A DNA stretch of 62,001 bases, filler included, from Candidatus Fermentibacterota bacterium (lineage in GTDB: Bacteria > JAFGKV01), in assembly GCA_016928395.1 (NCBI GenBank). It is 4 parts of 4 records of this genome, joined end to end, with 100 filler letters (N's around TTAATTAATTAA, not from the genome) between each part and the next. Parts side by side here need not be neighbours in the genome. Positions count along the whole stretch, not along the records: positions 6,608 to 37,469 come from JAFGKV010000112.1; 3 more parts are not named here. One strand, given 5' to 3'. The translations under genes were made by a program, and so were the position numbers. Shown here one piece after another: positions 18,260 through 29,700 of the stretch (position 1 is its first letter; every line of letters starts with the position of its first letter). The notes under the pieces were generated by a model that saw only the letters and a list, made by a program, of their open reading frames with translations, was not told the DNA's origin and made no database searches.

Positions 18260-18938
18260 CTCTCTGGGATTACCTCAATGGAGCATGACAATGAACGGTT
18301 CGTGGCCGCGGCCGTCAAGCGCGAATACTGGAGCTGCCGTTTAGGCCCAGAAGCAGGGGGGCGCGATTGCGCGGAAGAACCCCCGGTCGTCGGCTCTCGA
18401 CCTTCCCTCCGCGCGTGCGGTTCGCAGGGTTCATGCTCCGGGTTCATTCAGGCCGCTGAATGCACCGAGCGCACTCAGACTCGTCAAGGGTGAGTGTGCG
18501 CCTCCTTTGACAGCACGGGATGTGTGATTCACGGTTCCCCTCGCAGTTCTCAGTCCTCATTTGTCGGTTCTCAGTCAAGCCCTGACTGGCGACTGGGTCT
18601 GGTCGGTATCGCCATCGGAATCGACGACGCGGGCATTCGAGTGGGAGCCTCCCATGTTCTCTTATGGAAGTCCGGCACACGCGCCTGTGTTTCATCTCGC
18701 GTCTTCCTTCTCCGTGCGGATCTCATGCTCCGTGCCTCGGAGTTCCTACCCCGACCGCATAGCACTGACCTCCAATTCGGGCACATTTCTCAACTCATCC
18801 AGCCTTCCTACTCCGTCCTTCATTGTAGACCTCGGGTTCCCCTCGCAGCAAGTGCTTGACCGTCGGCGGACCGTACCGTGTCTTGATTCCCACCCATGCC
18901 GCGACCCGGCTGTCTGATCCTCAACGAAAGGCCTGCAG

Positions 18939-20129
18939 ATGACAACCGCACACGACCCACGGCCCATACGAGAGTGGAGCCGCTGGGTGGTGCTCATCGC
19001 GTACTCGGCCCTCATACTGGCGACCTTGAGTCTCGTGCGCGCGCTGCGAGACCTTGTCGTCGAGAGGTGGGGCGAGCGTGGGTTCAGCCTTGCCGTGTGG
19101 GCACTCTTCGCCCTGGTGGGGATCCTGTTCCTGGCATGGGTCATTCGCCAGTCCGTGTTGCGATCCGTGGGCCGTGCAGCGCTCCTCCTCCTGGCGTGCA
19201 CGGCCTATGCCTACATGCTCCTCAGGCTCGATCTCGCGGTGGAACGGCTTCACTACATCGAGTACGGGCTCGTGGCCGTGCTGGCGTTACGCGCCTTCGA
19301 GGTCCAAACGCGCGATTGGGCTGCATACCTCCTTGCGTGCCTCTATGTCCTTGGCCTTGGGCTGCTGGATGAGGCGATCCAGTGGATCCTACCGACCCGG
19401 GTGGGCGAGTTCCGCGATGTGAACATTAACCTTACCGCCGGGGTCCTCGGCCTGGTACCGGTGATCGCGTCCAGAGCCCATCCCTTCGCCTTCGTTCACC
19501 GCGAAAGCCTTGCCCGCGTGCTACGATGGTCTGCAGGAGTGGCCGCACTCACTGCCCTGTTTCTCACGTTTGTGCACGGATTTGGATTCATGCACCGCTC
19601 CTCCGGGCACGCGTGGTTCCGCAGCGTCTTCCCGCCAGACTCATTCAGCGAGTATGGTCAGCACCCCGAGGCGGTTGCCTATCGGGAGTTCCCGGATTCG
19701 CCGATTTCGCATCCCGGAGAGGGACCTCTTGGATGGATTGGCCAGCGATTCCTCCAATGGCGATTACTCCGCAACCCTACCCCAGAGGCCTACAACTACG
19801 AGGCGTGGCGGCATCGCCAGCTCCGCGACGGGCTGGAGACCCCACGGTATGCTCAGTATCGAGAGGCCCTGGAAGAAGAGAGGATCCTGACCAGGGTCTT
19901 CGGCGCATACCTGCGTTGCTACGGGGTCGCGTGGCCTGAGAACAAGCGGCGCAAGTTCGCCGATCTGCCCTTTGCAGGAAGCTCAACGTATCTGAGCCCC
20001 GCCCAGGAACTCCTGATTACGTGGGTGCGACCTGAAGTCTTCTGGGTCGCGTCGGGGCTTGTCGTTGTGGCGCTTGTGTCAGCAAGTATCCTGGTTGGGA
20101 GATCAGGGAAACGCAGCAGGGAGCCGTGA
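18939..20129 (+). CDS. VanZ-like membrane protein with periplasmic C-terminal domain
   Basis: ERLHYIEYGL...DEAIQWILPTRVGEFRDV..N VanZ pattern; multiple TM segments. Confidence 0.7.
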   Translation: MTTAHDPRPIREWSRWVVLIAYSALILATLSLVRALRDLVVERWGERGFSLAVWALFALVGILFLAWVIRQSVLRSVGRAALLLLACTAYAYMLLRLDLAVERLHYIEYGLVAVLALRAFEVQTRDWAAYLLACLYVLGLGLLDEAIQWILPTRVGEFRDVNINLTAGVLGLVPVIASRAHPFAFVHRESLARVLRWSAGVAALTALFLTFVHGFGFMHRSSGHAWFRSVFPPDSFSEYGQHPEAVAYREFPDSPISHPGEGPLGWIGQRFLQWRLLRNPTPEAYNYEAWRHRQLRDGLETPRYAQYREALEEERILTRVFGAYLRCYGVAWPENKRRKFADLPFAGSSTYLSPAQELLITWVRPEVFWVASGLVVVALVSASILVGRSGKRSREP

Positions 20130-20228
20130 ACTCCCCTCACGCGCCGAGAGCCGGAGGTCATGTGATCCCCGCGGACTCGACCCTTCCGTGAGTCGTACAC
20201 AGCGTGCCGTGAACCCTCGCTCCGCACG

Positions 20229-21482
20229 CTACAGCAACGGTGCGCGGCCCAGGAGCGGATAGACCGCCTCCCTGAATCGGTTCACCACGTGATCCCACGT
20301 GTAGCGCGACCAGACCTTGGCCCTTCCCGCTTCGCCAAGGGCTCGGGCGACATCGGGCCTGTCCAGCAGCAGCTCGACGAGTTCGGCGATGGCGTGCCAG
20401 TCACCGAAGGGCACGAGAAACCCATCGACCCCGTCTTGGATCACCTCGGGGATGCCACCGGCGAGGCATCCAATCACGGGCTTTGAGGCCATCCATGCCT
20501 CCAGAATGGCGATACCGAAACTGTCGGCGCGGGACGGCAGCACGACCACATCGGCTGCAGCCAGCGCGTCGCGCTTCAGGTCGTCGTCTACTTCTCCCAG
20601 GACCAGCAGCCCTGCCAGTTGGTCTGCCGATCGGGATGACAGATAGCCCTCCTCGAAATCTGATCGCGGATACCCGATGAAGACCCCCGAGACGTCGTGG
20701 CCGCGGGCCCGCAGGGCGCACACCGCTTCGGCCGAATGGTGACTGCCTTTTTCGTGGGTCTGAGTGCCAAGCTGCAGCACGATGGCGCCCCTGAGGTTGA
20801 AGCGCTCCCGGAACCGCCTTGCATTGCCACCGATGCAGTCCGCGGGATGTGCGCCGGGCCCGATCGTAACGAGGCGACGCCCATTCAAGCCCCGAGCCTC
20901 CAGCAGGCGTCGTTCCACGTCGGTGTTGCACACGACAAGATCGGCATGTCGCAGCAACATGGGAACTCCGTGTCCCAGAAACTCCTGGCGATACTCCACG
21001 CGCCCAGGTTCTCCCGCATGGATGAGACTCAGCACCACCAGTGGCGCCTTCCAGCGCCGCGCCACGGCCAAACCCGCCACCACGAAGGGTGTGTGCGGCA
21101 GCACGCCGGCAACGACAAGATCAAACCTTGTGGGGGATGCTAGGGCATTGGCCAGCAGGCCGGGTGCATGGGTCGCCCGGTCCCGGAATGCCCATATGCT
21201 CCATGGGGGCTTGAGCATGTGCAGGCGACGGAAGGCTTCGGGATGGCGTATGGCCCAGCGGGACAATCCAAACCTTCGAATCTGCACGCCGTGAAGACAC
21301 TCCCGACGCCGCGATACGTGGCGGAGACTCCTGTCCACAAGGAAGTGGGTGTCGCGAGCCTCGGTAGTCCAGGCGCGTACGTCGACGCCGTCGGCAGCGA
21401 GCCCTTGGGCCAGGCTCGCCATGTGCACCGCCGAACCCGAGCGGTTGGGAGGATAGAGCGGGGAAACAAAGAGCGCTCTCAC
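20229..21482 (-). CDS. GT4 family glycosyltransferase
   Basis: YPP..SGS N-terminus; LPSRADSFGIAILEAWMASKPVI. Confidence 0.9.
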   Translation of the reverse strand: MRALFVSPLYPPNRSGSAVHMASLAQGLAADGVDVRAWTTEARDTHFLVDRSLRHVSRRRECLHGVQIRRFGLSRWAIRHPEAFRRLHMLKPPWSIWAFRDRATHAPGLLANALASPTRFDLVVAGVLPHTPFVVAGLAVARRWKAPLVVLSLIHAGEPGRVEYRQEFLGHGVPMLLRHADLVVCNTDVERRLLEARGLNGRRLVTIGPGAHPADCIGGNARRFRERFNLRGAIVLQLGTQTHEKGSHHSAEAVCALRARGHDVSGVFIGYPRSDFEEGYLSSRSADQLAGLLVLGEVDDDLKRDALAAADVVVLPSRADSFGIAILEAWMASKPVIGCLAGGIPEVIQDGVDGFLVPFGDWHAIAELVELLLDRPDVARALGEAGRAKVWSRYTWDHVVNRFREAVYPLLGRAPLL

Positions 21483-21907
21483 CGTGCCCGTGCCCCCCTG
21501 ACCCGGGGATCGTCTGTCGGCAACAGCCGCACTTCCACGACCCGCAACTCAAACCATGGCTCGCCGTCGGCGATCAAGGCGAGACGAATCGTCGAGACCC
21601 CCTTGCCCGGAGGCAAAACATGGCACAGGGTCTGCCATCCTGGCTCCCCGTTCCAAGTCCACTCATGCTTCCCGACCCTGCCCACAATGCCAGGAACCGG
21701 AGGCCGCGTTACATGGAAGAATGCGCGCAACCGCAGCACGGTTCGCCCTAGCACCGGGCGGAGAAGACGGCACGTGCCGCCTGCCGGAGTAAGCACCCTA
21801 TACGACGGGCTTGAGGGAATGGTATTCCCCCATCCCTCGCAGAAGCCCTCCTCATCGACACCTGCCACCGCCCAACTCGATGTGGCCATAAGGGTGCTGG
21901 CGTTCAT
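21479..21907 (-). CDS. Hypothetical protein
   Basis: Stop overlaps the GT4 start by 4 nt; no recognised motif; start uncertain. Confidence 0.5.
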   Translation of the reverse strand: MNASTLMATSSWAVAGVDEEGFCEGWGNTIPSSPSYRVLTPAGGTCRLLRPVLGRTVLRLRAFFHVTRPPVPGIVGRVGKHEWTWNGEPGWQTLCHVLPPGKGVSTIRLALIADGEPWFELRVVEVRLLPTDDPRVRGARAR

Positions 21908-22084
21908 TGGAAGGGACAGGACGATGGGATGGTGAGATCATGAACGACGGGATGGACGAATGAATGGATGGATGGGCCCGAACTACCGGACACTGAGCCT
22001 ATCGGGCATCCCCCTATCGACCAATCCATCGCTCCAACCCAGCCGCGTGCCGAATGCGGCGCCCTTCGTGGCACGTGTACCCAG

Positions 22085-23503
22085 TCACTCACAAAGTCTC
22101 TCCAAGCTCATGCCTGACGCGGATGGCTCCCGCCATCCCCTCAGCCTGCACATATCGTCGCCGGTGAAAAGCCACGCCCCCACCCGCGAATCCTCGAGAA
22201 ACGATGGCGCGTTCCGCCCGAGCCATGCCACAAGCTCCCCCCCCGTACGAATGCTCTGGCTTCCTGGTATGCTGACACCCCTGTACGGAGCCCCGGTGAC
22301 CAGACGCAAGGCGGGAAACAACCCATTGCGGAGGACATGAGCCCTCCCTTCCCACTCCAGGGTATTCACTGCGATCGCCGGCCGGTCTTGGGGGAATGCC
22401 CGTGCTGCCTGCGACACGACGGTCATAACCCGCATGCCCGCGGCCTTCCACTCCCGGCAGAAAGCCCAGGCCTGAGGAGAGTTCACAAGACTGAGCGAGA
22501 GAGCTGCTGCCACTGCGGCGACCCTTAGGTGTCGCCACCTCACCAACTCCAGGGCGCAGCCTATTCCTACCATGACCGGCAGGGCCATGACGTAGAGAAA
22601 TCGTGGCTGATCCGGCCCACCCAGACGTATGAAAGGAATCATGGTCACAGAGGCCCAGACCCACACCGCAAGAAAGACCCACCTGCCCCGCAGGGCCCCC
22701 CAGGCCGCGACTGTTCCGAGGGCCGGCCACACGGGCCACGCGGCAGCCGTCCCTTCACGGCCCATGGCCAAGCCCACATAGCCACCCAGATGAGCCAGAG
22801 TCCTGCGCAGGTTGAACGGAACCGAATATCCGCCGGAGAGCCGCGCATGCGCACCCGTGGCGTGCACCGCGGCCGCGTAGGCCAGAGTCAGTCCTACCAG
22901 GATCCCACTCCAGAGAAATGCATCCTTGCGATTGCCTCTCGCGAGGGCTAACAGAGGAAGCCCCCACATAAGGGCCAATGCCGATTCGTGCCCGGCGAGG
23001 GCACACACCAAGAGCGGCAAAGCCAGCGCTCTCCCGCGCCGGGAAAGCACGGCGGTCATGGCTGCAAGGACACAGGCCGCGGCCAATGGTCCGCAACGGG
23101 CTGAACTCCAGCACACGGTCTCGTGGAGTGCCGGCCATGTCACAAACACCGCTGCCGCCGCGAATCCCGCGACCATGTTGCGGCTCAGGAGCCCGGCCAG
23201 CCGTGCCAGTTGCCACCCGCATGCCCAGTGCAATGCCAGGTCCACAAGATGCACTATCCCGGGGCGCCCATCGGCCTGAAGCCGCCAGGAGCACCAGCAT
23301 CCAGGACGGAAGAACAGCCCCGGCTCAAGAACCATTCCGGTGCGTGCCCGTTCCAGCCAGACCCAGTCATCGCTGACCAGGCCTCCCCCAAGCATCCGCC
23401 CCCAGGCCAGCAGCACCAAAGCGCCCAGCACGCAGGGCACCGCCCCACCGCGGATCACCCGCGAGGCAATGTCGTCCATCGCTTCCTGTCGCGACCCCTT
23501 CAC
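22085..23503 (-). CDS. Polytopic membrane protein, GT-C-like glycosyltransferase
   Basis: SDD after the first TM helix, FFRP, HE.V.W, RFLY; many TM helices. Confidence 0.65.
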   Translation of the reverse strand: MKGSRQEAMDDIASRVIRGGAVPCVLGALVLLAWGRMLGGGLVSDDWVWLERARTGMVLEPGLFFRPGCWCSWRLQADGRPGIVHLVDLALHWACGWQLARLAGLLSRNMVAGFAAAAVFVTWPALHETVCWSSARCGPLAAACVLAAMTAVLSRRGRALALPLLVCALAGHESALALMWGLPLLALARGNRKDAFLWSGILVGLTLAYAAAVHATGAHARLSGGYSVPFNLRRTLAHLGGYVGLAMGREGTAAAWPVWPALGTVAAWGALRGRWVFLAVWVWASVTMIPFIRLGGPDQPRFLYVMALPVMVGIGCALELVRWRHLRVAAVAAALSLSLVNSPQAWAFCREWKAAGMRVMTVVSQAARAFPQDRPAIAVNTLEWEGRAHVLRNGLFPALRLVTGAPYRGVSIPGSQSIRTGGELVAWLGRNAPSFLEDSRVGAWLFTGDDMCRLRGWREPSASGMSLERLCE

Positions 23504-23516
23504 GCTCGTCTGCTCT

Positions 23517-25772
23517 TCATTCAGCGGTGATCCCCGACCCGACTGCGGCCAAGGAGATCCTAGCGGGAATCCCTTTGACCGGAACTGGTTCGCCGTCTAC
23601 GCGAAGATCAGTGATCACTCCTTCGGCAAGCTCTATGTCCACCCTTCGACCCATCATGCGGGCATCCTGGACCCGTAGGAACTCCAGCTTCAGCGGTAGC
23701 GGAGCGATGACGAGATCGCCGGCGACCGTGGGCTGGAGGCCTGCCGCGTGTTTCATGATCAGGTCGACCACCCATGAGTGCTGGTAGTCATCGATCCCCC
23801 GGTACAGTGACGGCGCGCCGGTCATGGGGTTGTAGTGCTCGAAGGAACAAGGCCTTTGCGCATCGCCTCCCCTGAACAGCACCATCAGGGCCCGCATGAA
23901 GGCCTCGGCCGCCCGGGGAAGCAGCTCGGGGTCGTGCCATGCCTGGTGAGCAATGGCATCCACAATGTGGGAGTTGGTCATGGGCCAGGTCCGTCCATTC
24001 CACGGACAGTTCCTCCGCCGGCCTTTCCATCGCGCCGAGGCATCGAATTGGGCATCGTCAAACGCCAGTGACGGGAAGGGGTAGTGTGTCCAGAACTTCG
24101 CCGGATCGAAAAGATGATCCAGCGCTCGTCGGTGCTCAGGGCCGGGAATGTCCGTCATGAACGGGTAGAAACAGGTAAGAGCATCCACACCGGTTCGATT
24201 CCCCGTGGCAGGATTCACGTCGTGAAACATGGCTGCTGCCGGGTCCCACATTCTCTGCAAAATCGCGTCGCGTATGCGGTGCGCGGTCTCACACCATCGG
24301 GCTGCCTCGCCTGTCCTGCCCAGCATGGATCCCATCCACTCCAAAGCTCGGTAGAGCCGGTATGCGTAGACGGTGGCGTCTACCCCCTTAAGGTCGAACC
24401 GCCGTCCCCAATGCTGGCAATCGGCCTCAGGATCCACGGCCAGGTACCGGCTGGAGTACTCCTGGCCCGTCTCGTAATGGTTCTCGATAGTGTAGAGGCC
24501 GCATTCGCCACGATCCCGTGCTTCGGTGAGCCAACGGGCGTAGCGGACCAAGGCATCGTAGGCATGGGCTGTCAAGTCCAAATCGGGATGGACCGCCAGC
24601 AGATCACGCACGGCGCCGCCCCAGTCTGCATGGTAGAAGGACTCCGGCACGGGGCCCTCCACATCGAGAATCCCGGCGAATCTGCCATTGTGCTCCTGGG
24701 CATCGAGGAAGATGCGCAGCTCGTCGAACGCAGTATCGGGGAGATGCATCCACCGGGTCTCACGGATGTGAGCAGGAGCGCTGTACGTGATGGCCCGGCG
24801 GAAGTAGCCTTGCCCCTCGCATACCACAGGCCGGTTCAGCATCCCGGCGCCGGGAGCCTGCGTACACAGCCGAAGCCCGCTCCACCGGTACCAGTAGTAG
24901 GTCCTGAGATGCTCGCTGGAGCTGTCGAACCTAGGAATTCCTGCCAGGTACTCCTCCCAGGTGCCAAGGCTCTCGTCCACGACATGGGTGCCCCCTGCCA
25001 CGCATCGCCTCGCCTCCTCGGCCGCCAGGACCGGGTCCGCAGCCAAGGTCATACTCACCGTGGCCACCGTTGAGGTCGTGCCGGATACTGAGAGCCGCAT
25101 CCGGAGGCCTGCATGCCAGAACCCTCCTGCCCCGGCCGCGACCTCCCCCTCCATTGAAGATCGCACCTCCCACAGCGCGCAATGCCTCCAATCCGGGATC
25201 GCCATGCCTGATTCCGAAAGCACGACCGCAGGCTGAACGCCACCCGGCCCCGCCGCGAGGGCTAGCCAGACCGTATCTGCTCCGTCGACCAAAGCGTCCA
25301 GCCGCCGCGGGATCGCAATGCACCCGTCAAGGAGGCGAAGGGCCCCTTCTTCCGGCTGAACCGTCCACGCGGCGAGATCAATGTCCAAGGCTCTATCGCA
25401 CTCCAACCGCAGCTCACTGACCAGCGATCCCGTGGGCAGGACGCTCTTTCGCTCTGTGATCCGAATGCCCCCGGGCGACTGGTACTCGACGATGACGTAG
25501 GCGGGATTCCATCGGCGCTTCACCAGCGAAAGCTCAATGGGTTCACCACCCAGATCCAGCAGATCCATGGTAAAGAGCGGGCCTATCTGATGCCGGTAGA
25601 ACTGCCCGGGATCCCAGAATCCACCCCTGGCGAGTGCCGCGGGGAACGATGGCGCCCACATGACGGGGCCGGCCCCGCCCATACACCACTTGTCACTTCG
25701 CGACAGGCTCTGGATGATACCACGTTCGAAACTGCCCACGTGACGCCTCCCATCGATACGCCGATCCGACAC
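23517..25772 (-). CDS. MGH1-like (GH63/GH37-type alpha/alpha-barrel) glycoside hydrolase
   Basis: YETGQE, MWDP...FHD, F.T.YPFPSL, WNGRTWP..N, FEHYNP.TG. Confidence 0.75.
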   Translation of the reverse strand: MSDRRIDGRRHVGSFERGIIQSLSRSDKWCMGGAGPVMWAPSFPAALARGGFWDPGQFYRHQIGPLFTMDLLDLGGEPIELSLVKRRWNPAYVIVEYQSPGGIRITERKSVLPTGSLVSELRLECDRALDIDLAAWTVQPEEGALRLLDGCIAIPRRLDALVDGADTVWLALAAGPGGVQPAVVLSESGMAIPDWRHCALWEVRSSMEGEVAAGAGGFWHAGLRMRLSVSGTTSTVATVSMTLAADPVLAAEEARRCVAGGTHVVDESLGTWEEYLAGIPRFDSSSEHLRTYYWYRWSGLRLCTQAPGAGMLNRPVVCEGQGYFRRAITYSAPAHIRETRWMHLPDTAFDELRIFLDAQEHNGRFAGILDVEGPVPESFYHADWGGAVRDLLAVHPDLDLTAHAYDALVRYARWLTEARDRGECGLYTIENHYETGQEYSSRYLAVDPEADCQHWGRRFDLKGVDATVYAYRLYRALEWMGSMLGRTGEAARWCETAHRIRDAILQRMWDPAAAMFHDVNPATGNRTGVDALTCFYPFMTDIPGPEHRRALDHLFDPAKFWTHYPFPSLAFDDAQFDASARWKGRRRNCPWNGRTWPMTNSHIVDAIAHQAWHDPELLPRAAEAFMRALMVLFRGGDAQRPCSFEHYNPMTGAPSLYRGIDDYQHSWVVDLIMKHAAGLQPTVAGDLVIAPLPLKLEFLRVQDARMMGRRVDIELAEGVITDLRVDGEPVPVKGIPARISLAAVGSGITAE

Positions 25773-26051
25773 CGGCCTGTGGAATCGATCGAGAAACGTA
25801 TGGTCCTCCTGCCCTCCTGCGCAATGCCCGTACGTGTCGCATGCCTGTGGTTGACGGTTCGCAGTCGGCCCCCGGCCTCCCCTTTCTTCCTTTCTTCTTC
25901 ACCCCTTTGCCGTTTCGGATTTCTCTTGCTGGCTGTTCAAGGCTATACCGCGGCAAAGTGAACCTTCCGTCGAGTCTCTGCGCTCAACGGGTGCGGAGGC
26001 TGAAGAAGGGCACGGAGCTCTTCAGGCCCCGCCGCCGAAAGGAGGACGCCG

Positions 26052-26693
26052 ATGTGGAAAACCGCCTTGCTCCCCGCGCTCCGTGATCGCCGCGCTGCCC
26101 ACGACGCCGCAAAGAAGGCATTCCTTCTCGCCGTGCTTGTGCACCTCTTCGCGCTGGTCTCGGTGCCCGCGTACACAGTGCGCATCCGTGTCATGGCGCC
26201 CCGAGAGATCGAGCCCATAGAACTTCCTGCCGAGATCACCATTCCCAAGAAGGAACCCATCTCGTTGCCGAGGCCGGCGGTCCCCATCGAGGCCGAAGAA
26301 GACGAGGATATCCCCGACGATGTCACCATCGCTCAGACCACTCTCGATATCACCACCGCCGCCTATGCCCCCACCGAACCTCCGCCCCAACTCCCCGAGT
26401 TCGGGGCTTTTGTAGCCTTCGATTCCGAGCCCGAGTTCATCCGCAACGTAGCGCCCGAGTACTCTGATTTCGCCAAGAAGGCGGGAATCGAAGGGCTGGT
26501 GGTCGCGAAACTCCTGGTGGGCGCCGATGGCAAAGTCTACGATGTGCGTATCATGAGCGGCCCCGAGATCCTGTACCCCGCGGTTAGGACCGCGGCCATG
26601 GCATCGCTCTTCTCACCGGCGATGCAGCGGGACAAGCCCGTGGCGGTATGGGTTGCCGTACACTACCGGTTCAGCCTTCGGGATGCCCGCTGA
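26052..26693 (+). CDS. tonB: TonB-family energy transducer
   Basis: N-terminal TM helix with His, Pro/Glu-rich linker, C-terminal PEY...A.KAGIEG.V...F.PA.Q..KPV.VW...F. Confidence 0.85.
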   Translation: MWKTALLPALRDRRAAHDAAKKAFLLAVLVHLFALVSVPAYTVRIRVMAPREIEPIELPAEITIPKKEPISLPRPAVPIEAEEDEDIPDDVTIAQTTLDITTAAYAPTEPPPQLPEFGAFVAFDSEPEFIRNVAPEYSDFAKKAGIEGLVVAKLLVGADGKVYDVRIMSGPEILYPAVRTAAMASLFSPAMQRDKPVAVWVAVHYRFSLRDAR

Positions 26694-26740
26694 TCCGTCA
26701 AGACACACGGCGGGGGCGTGCCCCCGCCGTGACCGTGTTC

Positions 26741-29700
26741 CTACCGGATCAACACCACGCGGATTTCCAGCGGCGCGCCGGCCAGCCGGGCGCAGTATAC
26801 CCCGGAGCCCACGGGGCGGCCCAAGTCATCGGTGCCAGCCCATTCGTACGACCCGTCGGATCCCGGAGCCGCTATCGTCGTCACCAGCCGGCCGGCCAAA
26901 TCATACAGGCGGAGGCCCGCAGTCTCGCACCCGGGTGAAGCCCGGAATATCACTGATCCCCGCGACGGGTTCGGATGGGCTACGAGCCGGGGTCGCTCCG
27001 GGAGAGGTTGGCTTCCCGTCGCGGAGCCTGCCCGGGTATCGATGTACACATCGTCCAGGTAGACTCCGACATCCTGCCCCGATTCATCGCTCACCAGCCG
27101 GAACCTGATGAGCACTGAGTCGCAGCCCTCGCCGACAAACTCGCCCAACGTCGCCTCAAAGCGCGTCCAGGCCATCTGCCGACCCGTCAATGACAGGAGA
27201 GCGCGCCACTCCTCTCCGTCGCGGCTCGCCTCCACGTGACAGAAATCGTGGCCATCCTCCAGGCCATACTTGACCCAGAAGCTGACCCTGCCCGCCGTCG
27301 CTGAGGAAAGGTCAAGACCGGGCATGAGGGTCAGGCTGTTGGAGGCGTTGTTGGGATAAGGCCCGGAGGGGCTGTCGGTCACGATCCACTGCCCCGAATA
27401 CGCCGACCCTCCGCTGATCAATGCCCAGTCATCGCCGGGATCCCAGACATCCAAACCGTTCTCGAAATCATCAAGGCCGTATACATAGCGTAAGGTCTCT
27501 GATGCACCGGTATTGGGCATGGCTGCCGTGTCCGTGACGGTGCAGAAGTAATGGACCGTATCACCCAAGACTCCGACCTGCCCCAGCGCTCCGCCGAATA
27601 GCCCGTCCCGACCGACCCACTCCTCGAAGGAAAGGGCCAGCTGACCCTCGATATCGCCGGCCATGTAGCGGATGAGACCGCTCTCAGTGTCTAGGCCGAG
27701 ATTGTCGCTGGCCATGACCGCAACCGGTCGGGACGAATCGACGAAGATGGTTGACGCGAGCTGAGTGGGAAGGCCCACCACTGGCGGTACGTGATCGGGA
27801 CCGACATGAAACTCGAACACTCCAACTGCCGGCAGCGACCAGGAATACGCCGGGCACCGGGCCTCCAGCGTGTACCGGATATCGGCGGGCTGGCCGGGGG
27901 CTGGAATCTGTGCGACAAAAGACCCGGCGCCCAGTTCAGTCATGAGAACTTCGGTGAAGCCCGCCTCGTCTGCCTCCCACAGGAGCCACAACGAATCGGG
28001 GGTGCCGGGCCCGTGCATGAGAGCGGAGACGTTCAGCGGAGCGTCCATCGCTTCGATGTCTCCCAGCGGCTCGTGAATGATGGGACCGAGCATATCCAGC
28101 ACCCGCCCCATGAGGGTGGTGCGGACGCCGGTATAGTCAACCGGATCCAGCACCTGGCCGGAGGCGATCGCCTCAAAACCGAATGCCGTGTACAGGGAAC
28201 GGTGTTGCCCGAAAAACCGTACAGCGCCGCACTCGCCCGGAGTGTATCTGAACACCGGCCAGGCCCCCGGCAACGGACTGATGACGCTGGGGTACTGGTT
28301 CGCTGGTTCACGGCCCGGCTGGTAGACGGAGAAACTCAAGCCATGCCCGATGGGGTCACCCGGCACACCCGTGACCGAGCCACCTGATGCAACATCGGCC
28401 ACATAGGAAGCGCCCAGATATGTCTGGTACCACGCGACAGCCTCGGGTGAAGTGTTCTGGCTTGACGGATCACACAGGTCCCACCCGATGTCCTGCCCGC
28501 TCAGGTAGAGAGAACCCCCGGCGTCGAGATAGGCGGCCAATGATGCCCTATCCTCAGGGGTGAGGCTGGGGAACGCCCATTCGCAGGCCCATATCACCAG
28601 CGGGAACCCGCTGAGTAACTCGGCGCCTGGAACACCCGATACGCTGTAGTCCCAACGGAGCACCGGTATGTTCAAGGAATCCAGAACCGTCAGGTAGTAC
28701 TCCTCAACGTTCACCGAGCCATCATCATCGTCCACCAACAGAATCGGCGACAGCCCCACCGCAACGGACAGGGTATCCCGCCAACAGAAGCCCCCACTGG
28801 CCTGATAGGTCAAGAGTAAGTCCACGGTCTGGGACGGCGCGCATGGGTCCACCAGGAAACTCAACGGCGTGGAGCACGTTTGTGTGGTGTCAGCAGGGAC
28901 ATCCCCCTCATCGGACACGCCCTGCACGATGACGATGCCCGGCGCATCGGCACTCAAAGTCACCGTGGTCCCATAGGCGGGACTGACCGTGTAGTTGCGG
29001 TAGGTCACGACGATATGCCCGGTCTCGCCGGGCAGAATCCACCCGTCTCCATTGCCACCGGGAAGCGGGTCTGTCACGCTCCATCCAACTGTCTCCAGGT
29101 AGGGCTGCTCGACGAGATCCGTCTCGGTCACGGCCCGGTAGGCATTGATCCGCCCCGTTCCCAGCAGACCCTCAAACCCGGGATTGATGGCATCGATAGT
29201 GTCGGCCGTCAACACCAGGCGCCGGGCAAGCTCGAAGGGCGTCAGCCCCGGGTAGCCGGCCTTGATGAGCCCGGCGAGGCCTGCGGCCATGGGCGAGGCC
29301 AAAGAGCTGCCACTGGCCGAGCCATAGCCTCCTGGGCTGGTGCTGAGAATCCCGACGCCTGGGGCGGAGACATCTACGGTCCGCCCCCAGGTCGCGCTGG
29401 GGTTTCGCCGGTCGTTACGGTCAACCCAGGTGACGCTGACGGTATTGCGGTAGGCGGAGGGGTAGTGAGGATCGCCTACGGGGTCATTGCCTGCTGCGGC
29501 AATCACCAGGCTCCCCAGCCCGGTAGCATAGTCGATCACTTCTTGATTGTACTGGCTCGGTACCCCGTATGACCCCCAGCTGCAGTTGATGACGTCAGCG
29601 CCGGTATCCGCGGCGTAGACGATGCCAGAATAGCCCCTGGCCACCGAACCGGGGGTGGCATCGTAGCTGGCCTTGACCGGAAGATACGAGCAGTTCCATG

